Shown here: positions 13,140 to 25,672 of the stretch, one piece after another | How the letters are laid out: each line of letters opens with the position of its first letter | Position numbering within the stretch: position 1 is the stretch's first letter | Source: Eledone cirrhosa | Lineage: Eukaryota | Direction: 5' to 3' | DNA length: 64,000 nt | Assembly (NCBI GenBank): GCA_964016885.1 | Contig: OZ024740.1 | Location: 265,608,001-265,672,000, forward strand | Program-made: the position numbers and the translations under genes | The notes under the pieces: generated by a model | The model's input: the letters and a program-made list of their open reading frames with translations, nothing else | Database searches by the model: none | Told to the model about the DNA's origin: nothing

Positions 13140-13310
13140 AAGGGAAAGTCGATTAACTCAACCTCAGTGCATTACTGTACTTTATTTTATCGACCCCCCG
13201 TAAGGCAAAGGTAAACTCGACGGTATTTGAACTCAAAACGTAAAGGGCGATGATACTATGCCGTGAAGCATGGTATTTGACGCTCTACCGTCACTACCAA
13301 TCCAATGCCC
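13140..13310 (-). mobile_element. Diverged SINE related to family 1
   Basis: TACTTTATTTTATCGACCCC..GGTATTTGAACTC..GCATGG..CTCTACCG. Confidence 0.7.
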
Positions 13311-14979
13311 TCAAGCCACTATCAATAATAGAAGTCATATTGTTCCAATAAAGAACACCATGTTAACGTCAACTTAACCAGGATAGAAGATATACTTTCA
13401 CAAGCGAATTATCGGATTTTGGACTCTGTCATTTAACATAAATTTTGTGACATGATTTAACTAATAACCATTATCATTATTCAACGAGTGTATTTTACGA
13501 AAGAGAATTCCGAATATCGGATACAATTATCTATATATGTATGTAAGATATATATTATGGTGTTTCTTGTAATTAAGTAAAAGCATAATATACACTAACG
13601 TTATTGGTTGGAAATGCTCATATTGTCTCTGTTACTTTATTTTCTTTACATACAAATTGCGCTTCTCAAATGTCAGTGCTAATACAAAACACTGATGTTT
13701 TAACAATTAACTGCCCGCCAGTTTAACATTTTAATCCTAGAGAAAAAGCATAAAAGGTTAAGAAACTGTAAATGAAACTTCACCGCAAGTAAACTAACGA
13801 ACTAAGCTGAGATAAATATCTGTTTACAAAATAATGCAGCTGTTACTGATGATTTCGTCAATAGAAGATTTTTACTTTTATACATGTAAGACGTACGCTC
13901 CAGGTTCTTGTCTTAACAGGGTAAAATATATTTCTTTTACCTATTTTTTCTTTTTTTTTTTAACGTCATATGATTGTTTGATGCGTTTATTTATTGCTCT
14001 TGTGTAGACCCCACACCTCGAATGCTTGTATGAACAACGTACACAACATTTCAGTTATATAATCTATAGAGTGTGTAACTCGGAGATCAGAGAGTCGGTC
14101 CATGTAGAGCTGCCGCTTCTCCGAATTGAGAGATCACAGCTCCAATATAACGTTTTTTGGAAACACATTGGACAACGTATCCTCGAATGTCATATCTTCT
14201 TCGTTGGTTGAAATAATTGACTCCTGTCAATCAAAACTGTCCATATATTAAGGCATTAAAAATAACTCTATTTTACAGTCTTCTGACGTTTAAATAGAAT
14301 CTATGTGAGAAAAACTCAGGTGCACTGCTATGAATGTGTCTCGGAAAAATTGAAAAAACTATCTTTTGCGATACAATACTGCAACGCTTAATGTTATTTT
14401 TGTAATTTCAGATATGAGTAAGGCTAAATATTCGACTTATAGTTAACCTGCGTTGTGGTTGCTTTAAGAAAGCTAACATACATTGAGATTTTCAAATTTA
14501 AGCGACACTCTGTAGATGATTGTTTGTTTCCATTCCGGGCTAAAGGTTAAGGGATCTAAAGAGACGAGTGGATGAGCGGAGAAGTTTTTGTTAAACTGAA
14601 TAATTTAATTATATATGATTTGTAACTGCTCATGTTTCTTGTTTTTTTTTGTTTTGGTTTTTTCTTATATGTATCACTTCGTTTACTTTCGCACTGAATA
14701 AACTATTGTTAATTTTGTATCATCGCAAAACAACATAGCTGCATATATATACGGGTATACAACTGCGTACACACACACACTTTACATCAGAAGAAACAAT
14801 TCCATATTTTCCACTTCTTACTCTCGTCTATCTTACTGTTTCTTTTTCTACCTCTCATTCTATCTCCTAATGATTTTCCTACTATATGAAGTGTTAAGAT
14901 AACATCTATCTTCATAGTACTGTATCGTTCCTCTGTGTTGTTCTTTTAGCCTGCCGGTCGCATATATATAAATATATAT

Positions 14980-15574
14980 TAGTTGTCTACTGGGGTGTCT
15001 CGGGTATTTCCACGCATTAAAGACAATATATCTACCGCCCAGAGCGTTCAAAAACTGGGTAAGTTATTGGGAAAACGGAGAAGAGAGGGAAGGAAAATAG
15101 AAGGGAAAAGGGAAGAAACAGCGAAAAAAATGAGCAATGTGAAAATCCAAGACCACAGCGATGAGAGAACTTAAGTTCAAGAGCGTGTGGGTAAGCCAAA
15201 AGACACGTCTGTCCCATTGCGAGTGTAAGTGAGAAAAGGATTGCTACGGGTTCAGGCGAGGGAAACAAAGAGGTGGCTGCCAGAAAAAGGATGAGTGAAA
15301 GTGAGAAGGAGTAAGGGAGAGGAAGAAAGAGGAGTAAAAGTAGATAGTAACGAAATAGGTAGGTAGGAGAGAGAAGACTGGTCACAGAGAAACATGATAA
15401 AATATATGGAGAATAAGAGTTGGCTGTGTAGTTGCTAGTTAAGGTAGCTTAAAATGGCGTGAGAAGAGGAATTAAGCAAGAACGGGGGTGGGGTGGGGTT
15501 CCTCATCGCTTGTCTACTGGAAGTCTTGGATATTTACACGCTTTAAAGACAATATATCTACAGCCCAGAGCGTT

Positions 15575-15577
<3 letters not shown>
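14980..15577. mobile_element. Non-coding ~530-bp element with terminal direct redundancy (family shared with 60478-61160)
   Basis: 14983-15050 repeats at 15510-15577; bounded by (TA)n. Confidence 0.7.
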
Positions 15578-15641
<64 letters not shown>

Positions 15642-16018
15642 TGTATATACATATATAAGGAATGCGAGAAAGTTCTCCAGGAAAGTTAACCAGGAATTTT
15701 TATAAATCTCCGCGAACTGAAGTTAACAAAGACCTTACTAGATCAACAAAACCAAATTGTAAAATTATAATATTATAAAATCAAATTAAATTATTTAGAA
15801 CTACAAGTGAAGTCATTCTTTTCCTTACATATATATGTGATGTGTGTGTGTGTGTGTGTTTATGTGTGTGTGTAGTAGTAGAGAATCAGGGCTCGGTGGC
15901 TGACTCTTTTGCTTTCGAAACGGCAAGAGCTCAGCCGTCGTGCCCTGACACTCTACTTCCCAAATGTCGAATACGCTACTGCATAATGGCGTTACTGATT
16001 TAAAAGTGGTATATACCT

Positions 16019-16109
<91 letters not shown>

Positions 16110-16111
<2 letters not shown>

Positions 16112-17635
16112 GGCTCACTGTACTGCTTACCAGGGGCAGGTTGATACATGACGACGGTTTTCTTGAGACTGGCAGTCAATCCTAGGGCAGTGCAAGCATC
16201 AGAAAATGCATTCAAAATGTGCTGCATATCACTCTCTGTGTGTGTTACAAGATCGCAATCATCTGCATACAAGAGGTATTTTATGATTGATGTAAATACT
16301 TTTGATTTTGTAGCAAAGCGCCTGATGTTAAGTATGCTGCCAGAGGTTCCATATTGGATGTAAACACCATGCTCGCAATTCCTGAATGCAATATAGAAAA
16401 ACATTGCAAAGTATATGGCAAACTGGGTCGGTGCTGGAATAACAAGTCATCTATATGTTCCTCATTCTCATTAAACCAGTCTTAAACCGACTTTTTAAGA
16501 GTCGGCCAATCCACACCAACAAGCATCTCTTCTCGCAATGTCATCTTCACATTTTTATCTCTTAGACGAGCAGCATTCAATCTCCTAGGCAGGGTAACAC
16601 CAGGAGCCCGGATTTTACGTTTACTGATTAATTTCACTTTTGCGCGTACCAGGCGGTGGTCCGTTCAGCACTCAGCTCCACGAAGAGCACGAACACACTG
16701 CACATCCTGTCTGTCACGCAACCTGACAAGGACGTAGTTCAAAAGATGCCATTCCTTAGATGCAGGGTGCATCCACGTGGTCTTAAATTTGTTCTTTTGC
16801 TGGAACATGGTGTAGGTAACACATAGATCCAGCTCTTCACACATCTGCAGCAGGAGCATACCATTGTTGTTACACTTTCCCACCCCATGCCTTCCGATTA
16901 TATTCCTTGTGTTAAAATCCCAACCCACTCTAGCATTAAAGTCACCAAGCACAATGACCTTGTCTGTCTGAGGGATATTTCTTAAAACACCTTTCAAGGC
17001 ATGGTAAGAGGACACTTTTTCTTCATCGACAGAATTCATAGTTGGAGCATACACACTCACCAGAGTAGCATATCTTCCCTTGTCCAGCGGAATTCTCATG
17101 GACATAAGACGCTCATAAATCCCCACTGGGAATTCTTCTAATTTATCCACAAGAGCTGTCTTAACAGCAAATGCTACCCCTGACTCTCTTCTGATTCCTT
17201 CATCTCTTCCTTTCCAGAAGAATGTATATTCTCCACAAATTTCTGTAAGATGACCATCTCCAGCTAACCTCGTCTCAGATAAAGCTACGATGTGAATATC
17301 GTAACGTTGAAGTTCCTTTACAAAAAGAGCGGTCCTTCGTTCAGGACGTTCAGAGGAATCCCTGTCAAGCAACGTCCGTACGTTCCAGCAGCCAATATTA
17401 AATGCCCTGTTTGGCTATATTACAGTGGCACGGTGACGGGCGGGCTCAGACTGTGATACCCTAGGGCCCCTGCCCTTATTGCCAATTATCTCTTTTGTTC
17501 CAGAGCCCTTCCAGCAGCCAATATTAAATGCCCTGTTTGCCTATATTACAGTGGCACGGTGACGGGCGGGCTCAGGCTGTGATACCCTAGGGTCCCTGCC
17601 CTTATTGCCAATTATCTCTTTTGTTCCAGAGCCCT
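16110..17635 (-). pseudogene. Truncated, internally deleted RTE LINE (APE endonuclease + RT YADD piece)
   Basis: ORF 16665-17372 is nearly identical to the endonuclease at 26021; 16110-16440 encodes LLYADDCDL; tandem ~125-bp duplication at 17386-17635. Confidence 0.92.
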
Positions 17636-17638
17636 TAT

Positions 17639-19100
17639 TGCCAGACCCCGAGCAATCTAACCAGTCCTTCCGTCCAGCGCCCCACGACGCTGCCGGACGG
17701 TATGGACTTGCCTCTCCAGGTGCCGAGTTGCAAGCCCACCAACTTTTCCTGGTTCAATTTTGCTCCTGTCACCGCTTCGCATTCCTTGAGAGCGGTGCCT
17801 AGCATCTGGATGTGTTTGGTGCTCGACACCACCAAGGTGACGTCGTCGGCGTAAGCTGACACGGATCTCCCGGATCCCAGTTGCGTGGGACCACCCTCAT
17901 CGTCTCCAATTTGTGCAGTAACGACTCGAGGGCCAGTACGTACAAGAGGGACGAGAGGGGGCAACTCTGGCGGACAGGCTGTCACAGGTGACCATTCACC
18001 CTCGCAATTGAACAGATGTCGCTGTGCATCGCAACGATCCAGCCTCTAAAGACGGGCCAGAAGTCGGCCGCCTCGAGGGCCGCAGCCAGGTACTGATGGT
18101 TGGCCCTATCAAATGCTTTAGATTAATCCAAGTTGATCAGGGCCCCACCCGTGCCAGGTTCCTTAACCACCCTCTCTAGGATGTATCGCATGAGATGGAG
18201 GTTGTCGTGGATAGATCTGTCCGGAATGGCTCACGTCTGCGCCTCTCCCACCAGATCACCGACGACAAACGCCAATCTCTTTGCTAACACCTTGGTCAAA
18301 ATATTAAAGTTTGTGTTTAGCAGAGTTATGGGCCTGAACTTGTCAATAACGTCCCCCTTGTACGGGTATTTTCTCAGCAACGTCACCGATCCAGGCTCAC
18401 AAAACTGGGAATGCTCCTGTTCTGCTGCCAGTTGCAGTAGACATATGTCAATAGGTCACCGCACAAGTCTGGCATATACGCATAAAGCATGTAGGGCAGA
18501 CCATCCAAACCTGGCGATTTACCTCTCGTGCAGTCAGACATCGCTTCCCGTATTTCACCTGCTGTCATCGGCTTTTCGCAGCATTGCGCTGCTGTCGTCG
18601 AGAGCTGCGGCAGTACGTCGAAGTATACACCGAAGTCCATACTCCGATCCGGCCCACCGCCGCTCCCGAACAATTGAGCAAAGTGCTGTTGAAAAGCCGC
18701 ACACATCTGCTCGGGTTCGAGCAACATGCGCCCGTTTTGATCAGGCAAAGACCGAATTGAGTACTTTTGCCACGTCGCGCCTCCACCACCCGGACCCATT
18801 GAACGGCTTTCCTCCCCTTGTGTCTTAGAGCACGCGCTCTAGCTCTGACAACGCAGCCTACATGCTTTGCATTGAAGAATTGTTCGAGTGCCAATCTCGC
18901 CGCAAGCACGTCAGTTGCGATACCTGTCCTAAACGCCTCTTCTAGGTTTATAACTAACTGTCCCTCTACTCTATTATCCTCTATCACTACTCCTTTGCTA
19001 AACCTTATCGATTCTACTCTAATAGCCCTTTTCAGGGTAAACCACCACCTGTTGTTGACGATCGCACCCGTTAACGCACGCTTAATTAATTCGCTAATCC
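17639..19100 (-). pseudogene. L1/Tx1-clade LINE ORF2 fragment (tether and RT)
   Basis: GKSPGLDGLPY, INLD*SKAFDR, SAYADDVTL, TGAKLNQEK; frameshifted. Confidence 0.85.
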
Positions 19101-19300
19101 GGTACGATTGTAAATAAATACAAATTCAGCCCCCAAGGGCGCGTGATACAATTAAGATCCACCGCCTTTGAAAGAAGGGTTCTTTAATTACACACCGATG
19201 TAAAAAATACTATATAGAACTTTCGATAACTCATAACATTCAACTAAATTACTCCGCCGTCGTTACAACCGTCTCGAGAGATTCAGCAATAATAATAATA

Positions 19301-19490
19301 ATAATTGTTTCTACTTTTGGCACAAGGCCAGCAATTAACCAGTGCATTACTGGTACTTTATTTTATCGACCCCGTAAGGATGAAAGGCAAAGTAAATCTC
19401 GGCGGGATATGAACTCAGAATGGCAAGGACCGTAACTCTATGCGTCAAAGCATGGCGTCCGACCCTCTACCGATACTGCCTATCCACCGC
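19301..19490 (-). mobile_element. tRNA-derived SINE family 1
   Basis: Full-length match to the 12853 copy; (AAT)n tail. Confidence 0.88.
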
Positions 19491-19494
19491 AATG

Positions 19495-21240
19495 ATTTCA
19501 TTTATTAGCCACAAGGGCCGACATGTAGGGGACAATACAAAGACAGGGACAGTGGGGGTTTACAATAAGGTCGAGTAAAAGTGCACAATGGCAAGACTAA
19601 TTTATCAATGTAGATATAAAAAATATAAAATAAACTATGCATAAATATAACAAAATAAATTCCGCGATAGGGGGTGGACGATGCTGGGGTGACTAAGGTA
19701 CCCCACCAATCCTGAACCACCCTGCGCTTCTAGGGCACCCAGGGAGAGCACCCTTCTCCTCAAGTTAGCTAGCCTATAGGCGCATGGTCAGAGTAGGCCC
19801 ATTCACACGGGCCATTCTCGCCACATTCATCCACCTTTTAGCAAATGTCCTGGGGGGCAGCACTTCTCTCTCAACCCTCACCTTCCTTTCCAGGTGAAAC
19901 TTGAAGAAGTTGATGAGGGATTGGCCGAAGAGAAAAGTGTCTGTCTTCATTCCTTTTAATCTGGTCCACCATATAACGTCTTTCGCAACGGCCACCAGAC
20001 AGAGGAAAATTTCCTTCTCTTCCTGACCAAAGGAACGTGGCGGGTCGATCTTCACTATGGACTCGGCCGATAGCCGGATTCGTTCCACACGCGACAGCAG
20101 CTGTTCGACATAACTCCACTAGTCAGTAATGCACGGACATTGGACAAGTGCGTGCAGAACGGTTTCGTCGTTCTGTGCACATCTTTGGCAGGTCCGTCTA
20201 ACAGCACTTCCCTGCCTGTAGAGTTTATCCCGAACCGGCAGTGCCCCCCGGAAGTTGTCCAATGTAATCGTTTCTGGAAGTTGTCCATCGTCCCCGGCTC
20301 GAAAGTCCTCCGGTACAGACTGGTCAGTTCGACTTCGTCGAGGCCCAAAGCTTCTCCGAGTGCGTCATCGCACTTTCCCATCACTAATCCTCTATAGAAT
20401 TCGAGAGTGGAAGTTCCACTGATCGCATTGCCCGCTTGGTAGAGGGCAGTGAGTGCCTGGCAACATTCCAGGTGCCAGTCACCCAGCCTTGGTCTCTTCT
20501 TGACCCAGGACTGCAGCTCAGTCAAAGAAACGAGCTGCGGGAAGGCGCGTATGATAAACGGCGACCACACCTGTTCACCGTTTAGGCAGAATATCTGGAG
20601 ATGTCGCAGCCTCAACGCATGTCTGCGCATCATTAGCCACGGCATGCCCAGTCCTCCGCGTAGAGGGTGCTGGCAGCAGATGGACCGCCTCACCAACGGA
20701 ACTTGTCCCCTCCACAAGAATTTGAAGAGGAGCCGTTCCAACTTGATGAAGAGAGGACGGGAGCAAGGCACGACGGTCAGGCGGTAGTAGATGACGGACG
20801 CGATGTACGCATTCGCCACCTCCGCGCGACCTTTCAGTAATAGCTTCCTCCCAGGAGACTGGCTACTCTGCTCGTTACCTCGTTCCAATCCTTTTCCACC
20901 TGGAGGTCTGGTCCGAACCAAACCCCGAGCAACTTTACCGGTCCGTCCGTCCAGCATCCTACGACGCTGTTGGATATGCATAGGCTTGCCTCTCCAGGTT
21001 CTGAGCTGCAAGCCAGCCGACTTTTCCGGGTTAAGTTTGGCTCCTGTCAACCTTTCATATTCCTTCAATAAGGTGCCGATCACCTCGATTACTGAGGTGT
21101 CCAACACCATCACAGTGATGTCGTCTGCATAAGCCGACACCGCCTTTCCACGCCCTGGTTCGAGCGGGATGCCCTGCAACAGCTCCAGCTTCCGCAGTAA
21201 AGACTCGAGAGTCAATACGTACAGAGTCTATAAGTACAGA
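19495..21240 (-). pseudogene. 5'-truncated L1/Tx1 LINE (RT end, C-terminal domain, 3' UTR)
   Basis: VSAYADDITV, TGAKLNPEKS, LFKFLWRG..RGGLGMP, ETVLHALVQC; AATAAA at the 3' end (~19500). Confidence 0.87.
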
Positions 21241-21746
21241 AGGGAAGAGAAAGGGCATAATTCAGCATATGTAATGAAAAGGACTACAATTACATTGATT
21301 TTTTCTCAACACACACAAATTCGAACACTATCAACATATTACATCCGCCACAGATTTTAATACATTAACATATTTGCTTACCATACAGTATTTATTTATC
21401 TATATATGCATAATACCTTTGCTTATTTCCTTCTCATATATGTGACTAACGCATGTGCACTTTCTACACGCTTGCATATGTACTGCTAATGTACTCTTTC
21501 TTTCTCAATGCTTCTTTCCCAATGCCTCTTTAAGTATTAGACTATTCTCTTGTATTATCTGTTGAATGTAATCCACTCTGTGCTTTTAATTTTAATTTTA
21601 ATTCGAATTATTGTACAATTCACGTATAATATATGTCGCATCTAGTACACCATGTAAATCGAAACTCTTGCTCACAACATCAATATATATGTATATATAT
21701 GATTGTTCAGTTGAATAGGAGGTTAATTATATGTACAAACATTGAT

Positions 21747-21798
21747 AATGCTCGGATGGCTTCAAACGAAAGTTTGGAAGAAACGATTGTCAGCTATT
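21747..21798 (+). ncRNA. Degenerate minimal hammerhead
   Basis: AATGCT-CGGATGG-cTTCAAAC-gaaa-GTTTGGAa-GAAA-CGATTG-TC-AGCtATT; two core substitutions. Confidence 0.45.
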
Positions 21799-21990
21799 AA
21801 ATGATTTGAACACAACTTTGATAATTGTCTAATTTATTCCTGCTCTGTAAAACACCTGATGTTCTTACATTGAGCTATTTCTCTTACTGGTAATAATAAG
21901 GTAGTAGGAAATTACTGACCTTTCCCGTTTATAGTTGTTTATAGTATATACATAACTATAAATTGTATTATTATTATTATTATTACACAC

Positions 21991-22026
<36 letters not shown>

Positions 22027-22982
22027 CATATATATATGATAAGCTGCAGCTTTCCAAACATTTTAAATAACTGTTTCTACTTTTGGCACAAGGCCAGCAA
22101 TTAAACCAGTGTACTACTGGTACTTTATTTTATCGACCCCGTAAGGATGAAAAAAAAGTACCAGTAATACACTGGAATAATTGCTTTAAATAACGTTTAG
22201 TTTAGTTGACGTAATTTATTCCATCATATATTTGTTCTTTAATACAATGCAAACATTGTTATAATTATATAATTATCTTGATGCTCTCTTATTTAATAAT
22301 TGATTTCTTTTTTACGTCTTGCACGAAAAACGAAGAGCTATTAAAATATGAATAAATTTTCTTTCTTTTATTTAATAGCCTGGAATTGAAGCGGAAGCAA
22401 TTATCTGTATTTTAAGTTTTTCGGGAAATATTTTTTGTTCAGTAATTCTAATTCAATTTTCATCTGTCGTTATTTTAAATTCATTTTATTTCCTGTGAAT
22501 CAGACTTGTTATATTTATAAGGTTATATTTATAAGCAACTTAAATCTTCAACGTGTTTCTATGTTATTCCTGCTGATGATGATGTTATTGAAATATTTCA
22601 TCCCCTTTTTGTTTTCTATCCAATAATCACATATGACCTATTTGTAAAGTTCTAGTAGGATTTTAAACGATTAAGTTAAAATACTTTAGAAGGATGTCGA
22701 AAGGAATCAGATAAAGCAATCGTCTAATTTAGAAGATTGAACTTGTAAATATGTGTGTATGTGTGTGTGCGTGAGGGTATGTGTATATGCACGTGTGTGT
22801 GTTTATAATTAACTAGTCAGCTGATTGTCAGTGTTCTTCTACAACTATACACTGTTGATATTGATGCGCTAATAGTGAAGTATAAACGTAATTAGGTTGA
22901 CGTATGTAAGAATTGTCAGATGTGGGTCAGAATCAATAGGCAAAGTTTTGCTGGGTCTGGAAAGGTGTCCAATAAGAAGTAA

Positions 22983-23185
22983 ATAATTGTTTCTACTTTA
23001 GGCACAAGGCCAGCAATTACCCAGTGCAATTACCCAGTGCATTACTGGTACTTTATTTTATCGACCCCGTAAGGATGAAAGGCAAAGTCAACCTCGGCGG
23101 GATTTGAACTCAGATCGTAAAGGGACGTAACTATGCTGGAAAACATGGCGTCCGACCTTCCACCGATACTGCCAATCCACCGCCC
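22983..23185 (-). mobile_element. tRNA-derived SINE family 1 with target-site duplication
   Basis: CAATAAGAAGTAAATAAT flanks both sides (~22970 and ~23187). Confidence 0.9.
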
Positions 23186-23804
23186 TCAATAAGAAGTAAA
23201 TAATGCAAAGAGAATTGTACGTCAGATGTTCCTTGAAGTTTAGGTAATTAGTAAGATATGTTCGATAAAAAGACGCTGTAATAGAAATAGAAGCAGAGAA
23301 ATCAAAACTCGCATATGTAAGTTAGGTGGTGTATCACGTTGGTATTTACATATTTTTGTTTAGATACAGTCGGCCATTTTTTTTTCATTTGTAACGGCAG
23401 CAACGTTGTGCAAATATCCCAACAATACAGCAATACGCGTATTACATCAGCAGTTAGATATACTTGCATTCAGATACAGATTGATGAAGTGCTTTGATGA
23501 AGTGATTTGTGTCTCTGGGTGATAGGCCTTGACTATTAAACGCAGTTTTGATGATGCAACATATATAATATGTATAGATGTCGCTAAAATATCTTTAGAG
23601 TTTGTGAGGCATAATATTTATAACGACTTTGATACTTTAAACTGTGTAAGTTAAAGTTCCATGAGTGTAATTGAGAATTACACTCACAAATCTTTAATTT
23701 ACAAATAACTATTAATCCTCAGATATTTCTACGTGTTGGATCCATTCTTTATAGTACCCAATCATGATATTTGTAGCCCTTCTATGTATGTACATATATA
23801 TATA

Positions 23805-23988
23805 TGTTGAGTCACTCTTGAGTGCTACTGGTAACATGTCGCATGGTCGGGGCGGCGGCGACTAAACCGGTAACCACACCAATTATATTTGGGGAGGAGG
23901 GTGATTTTGGACACTCTACAGGACAAAAAAGAAAATCTGACATAGGGCGGAAGAACACATAAAAGTGTACGGCCATCCAAAAATGTGT
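23805..23988 (+). mobile_element. 5' head of the RTE-derived non-autonomous element
   Basis: Matches 6967-7165 and rc of 33135-33337. Confidence 0.75.
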
Positions 23989-24016
23989 AAATATATATAT
24001 ATATATTCATGTATGC

Positions 24017-24079
<63 letters not shown>

Positions 24080-24083
<4 letters not shown>

Positions 24084-24265
24084 CAATATATTGAAAAGGT
24101 AACGCATCAGAGAGAGATATACAGTGCGCACTGTATATCTATCTCTCTCTGGTGTGTTACCTTTTCAACATATTGTATTTTAAAGAGCTGAGGATTTCTT
24201 CTCCTTGGAGCACATTATTTACATGGAATTGCGAGGGCCTATGGCGCCGTTAATTTATCGTGATA
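24080..24265. mobile_element. Fold-back fragment related to the 10.8-11.9 kb element
   Basis: Hairpin centred on ACAGTGCGCACTGT; ends CCGTTAATTTATCGTGATA as at 11875-11892. Confidence 0.65.
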
Positions 24266-24274
24266 TATATATAT

Positions 24275-24384
<110 letters not shown>

Positions 24385-25056
24385 CAAAATACAACAACTT
24401 TTTGGTCACTGGACTCGGGAATGTCACGACAGAAGTTTGTGGAAGTTACACAAATATTTTAGTATATTTTAGCAGAGCAATCCTTATTTATATCTTACAT
24501 TTTACATTTACTTACATCTCAATATAACATGGCTAAAATTCAAATTTTGCAAAGAGAAGAACACGGTCAAATGAACTAGATACATCTCACTGTCCCCACC
24601 ACCACAATAACGTCTACACTCTCTCCCCACCATCACATGTCATTACCATACCATACCCTATCAAGACTAAAGTCATCGACTTGTCAAACTCTCTACTCTC
24701 TGTTGAATGTGTATATATATATGTGTGTGTATGTATATGTGTGTATATACATCACTCAGTCAAACGACCAGATTTCAACCCCAATATCTATAACAACAAC
24801 AACACCGGCACTAATGTTTACAGCAACAACAGCTTCAGAATGAACTGAAATGAACATTTACAACAACAACAGCGGCATCAAAACATAAAAAAAGGAAGGG
24901 AAAAGAAAAGAAAAGAAAAGGGGAAAAAAAAAACTCAAAATAACAAAACCCACACACACGCACACAACACAACATCAACTGCCACCACCACCACCACCGC
25001 CACCGCCGCCGCCATCACCATCACCAGCGACCGGGCCTTAAGAAAACAACTTTAAT

Positions 25057-25407
25057 AATAATTTTTCTGCTTTTGGCACGGATCCAGCAACTGGCCCAGC
25101 GCATCACTGGTACTCTCTTTTGTTGACTCCGTGGGGATGAAGGGCAAGGTGGATCTCGGCGGGATTCGAGCTCAGAGCATGGGGAGCCATAACTCTATGC
25201 TGTAAAGCAATTATAATAATAATTGTTTCTACTTTAGGCACAAGGCCAGCAAATTAACCAGTACATTACTGGTACTTTATTTTATCGACCCCGTAAGAAT
25301 GAAAGGCAAAGTTAACCTCGGCGGGATTTGAACTCAGACTGTAAAGGGACGTAACTATGCTAGAAAGCATGGCGTCCAACCCTCTACCGATACTGCCAAT
25401 TCACCGC
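25057..25407 (-). mobile_element. Two tandem SINE family 1 copies (diverged partial 25057-25210; intact 25217-25407)
   Basis: Sequence match to the 12853 copy. Confidence 0.85.
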
Positions 25408-25672
25408 AATTATAATAATAATGGACTGTAATACGATCGGCTTCAACTATACAAACTCTTGAAAGTCAACAGTTGACATAATCTTGTAATCTTGTATCAG
25501 TAATGACGGTAATATATATATATATATGTGTGTGTGCGTGTAAGGGAGTAGAGTAGCGTGTGTGTGTTTGTTTGTATGTATGTGTTGCTGTGTGCGCGCA
25601 TATGTATGCGTGTGTGTGTATGTCGTACGTATAAGTGTCAATAAGTGAGTTTTTTTTTTGGGGGGGGGGGGG

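Noticed and set aside
14050-14130. Exon candidate RVCNSEIRESVHVELPLLRIERSQL
   Set aside because: Resembles a tiny RTE/Expander C-terminal scrap; too short to annotate
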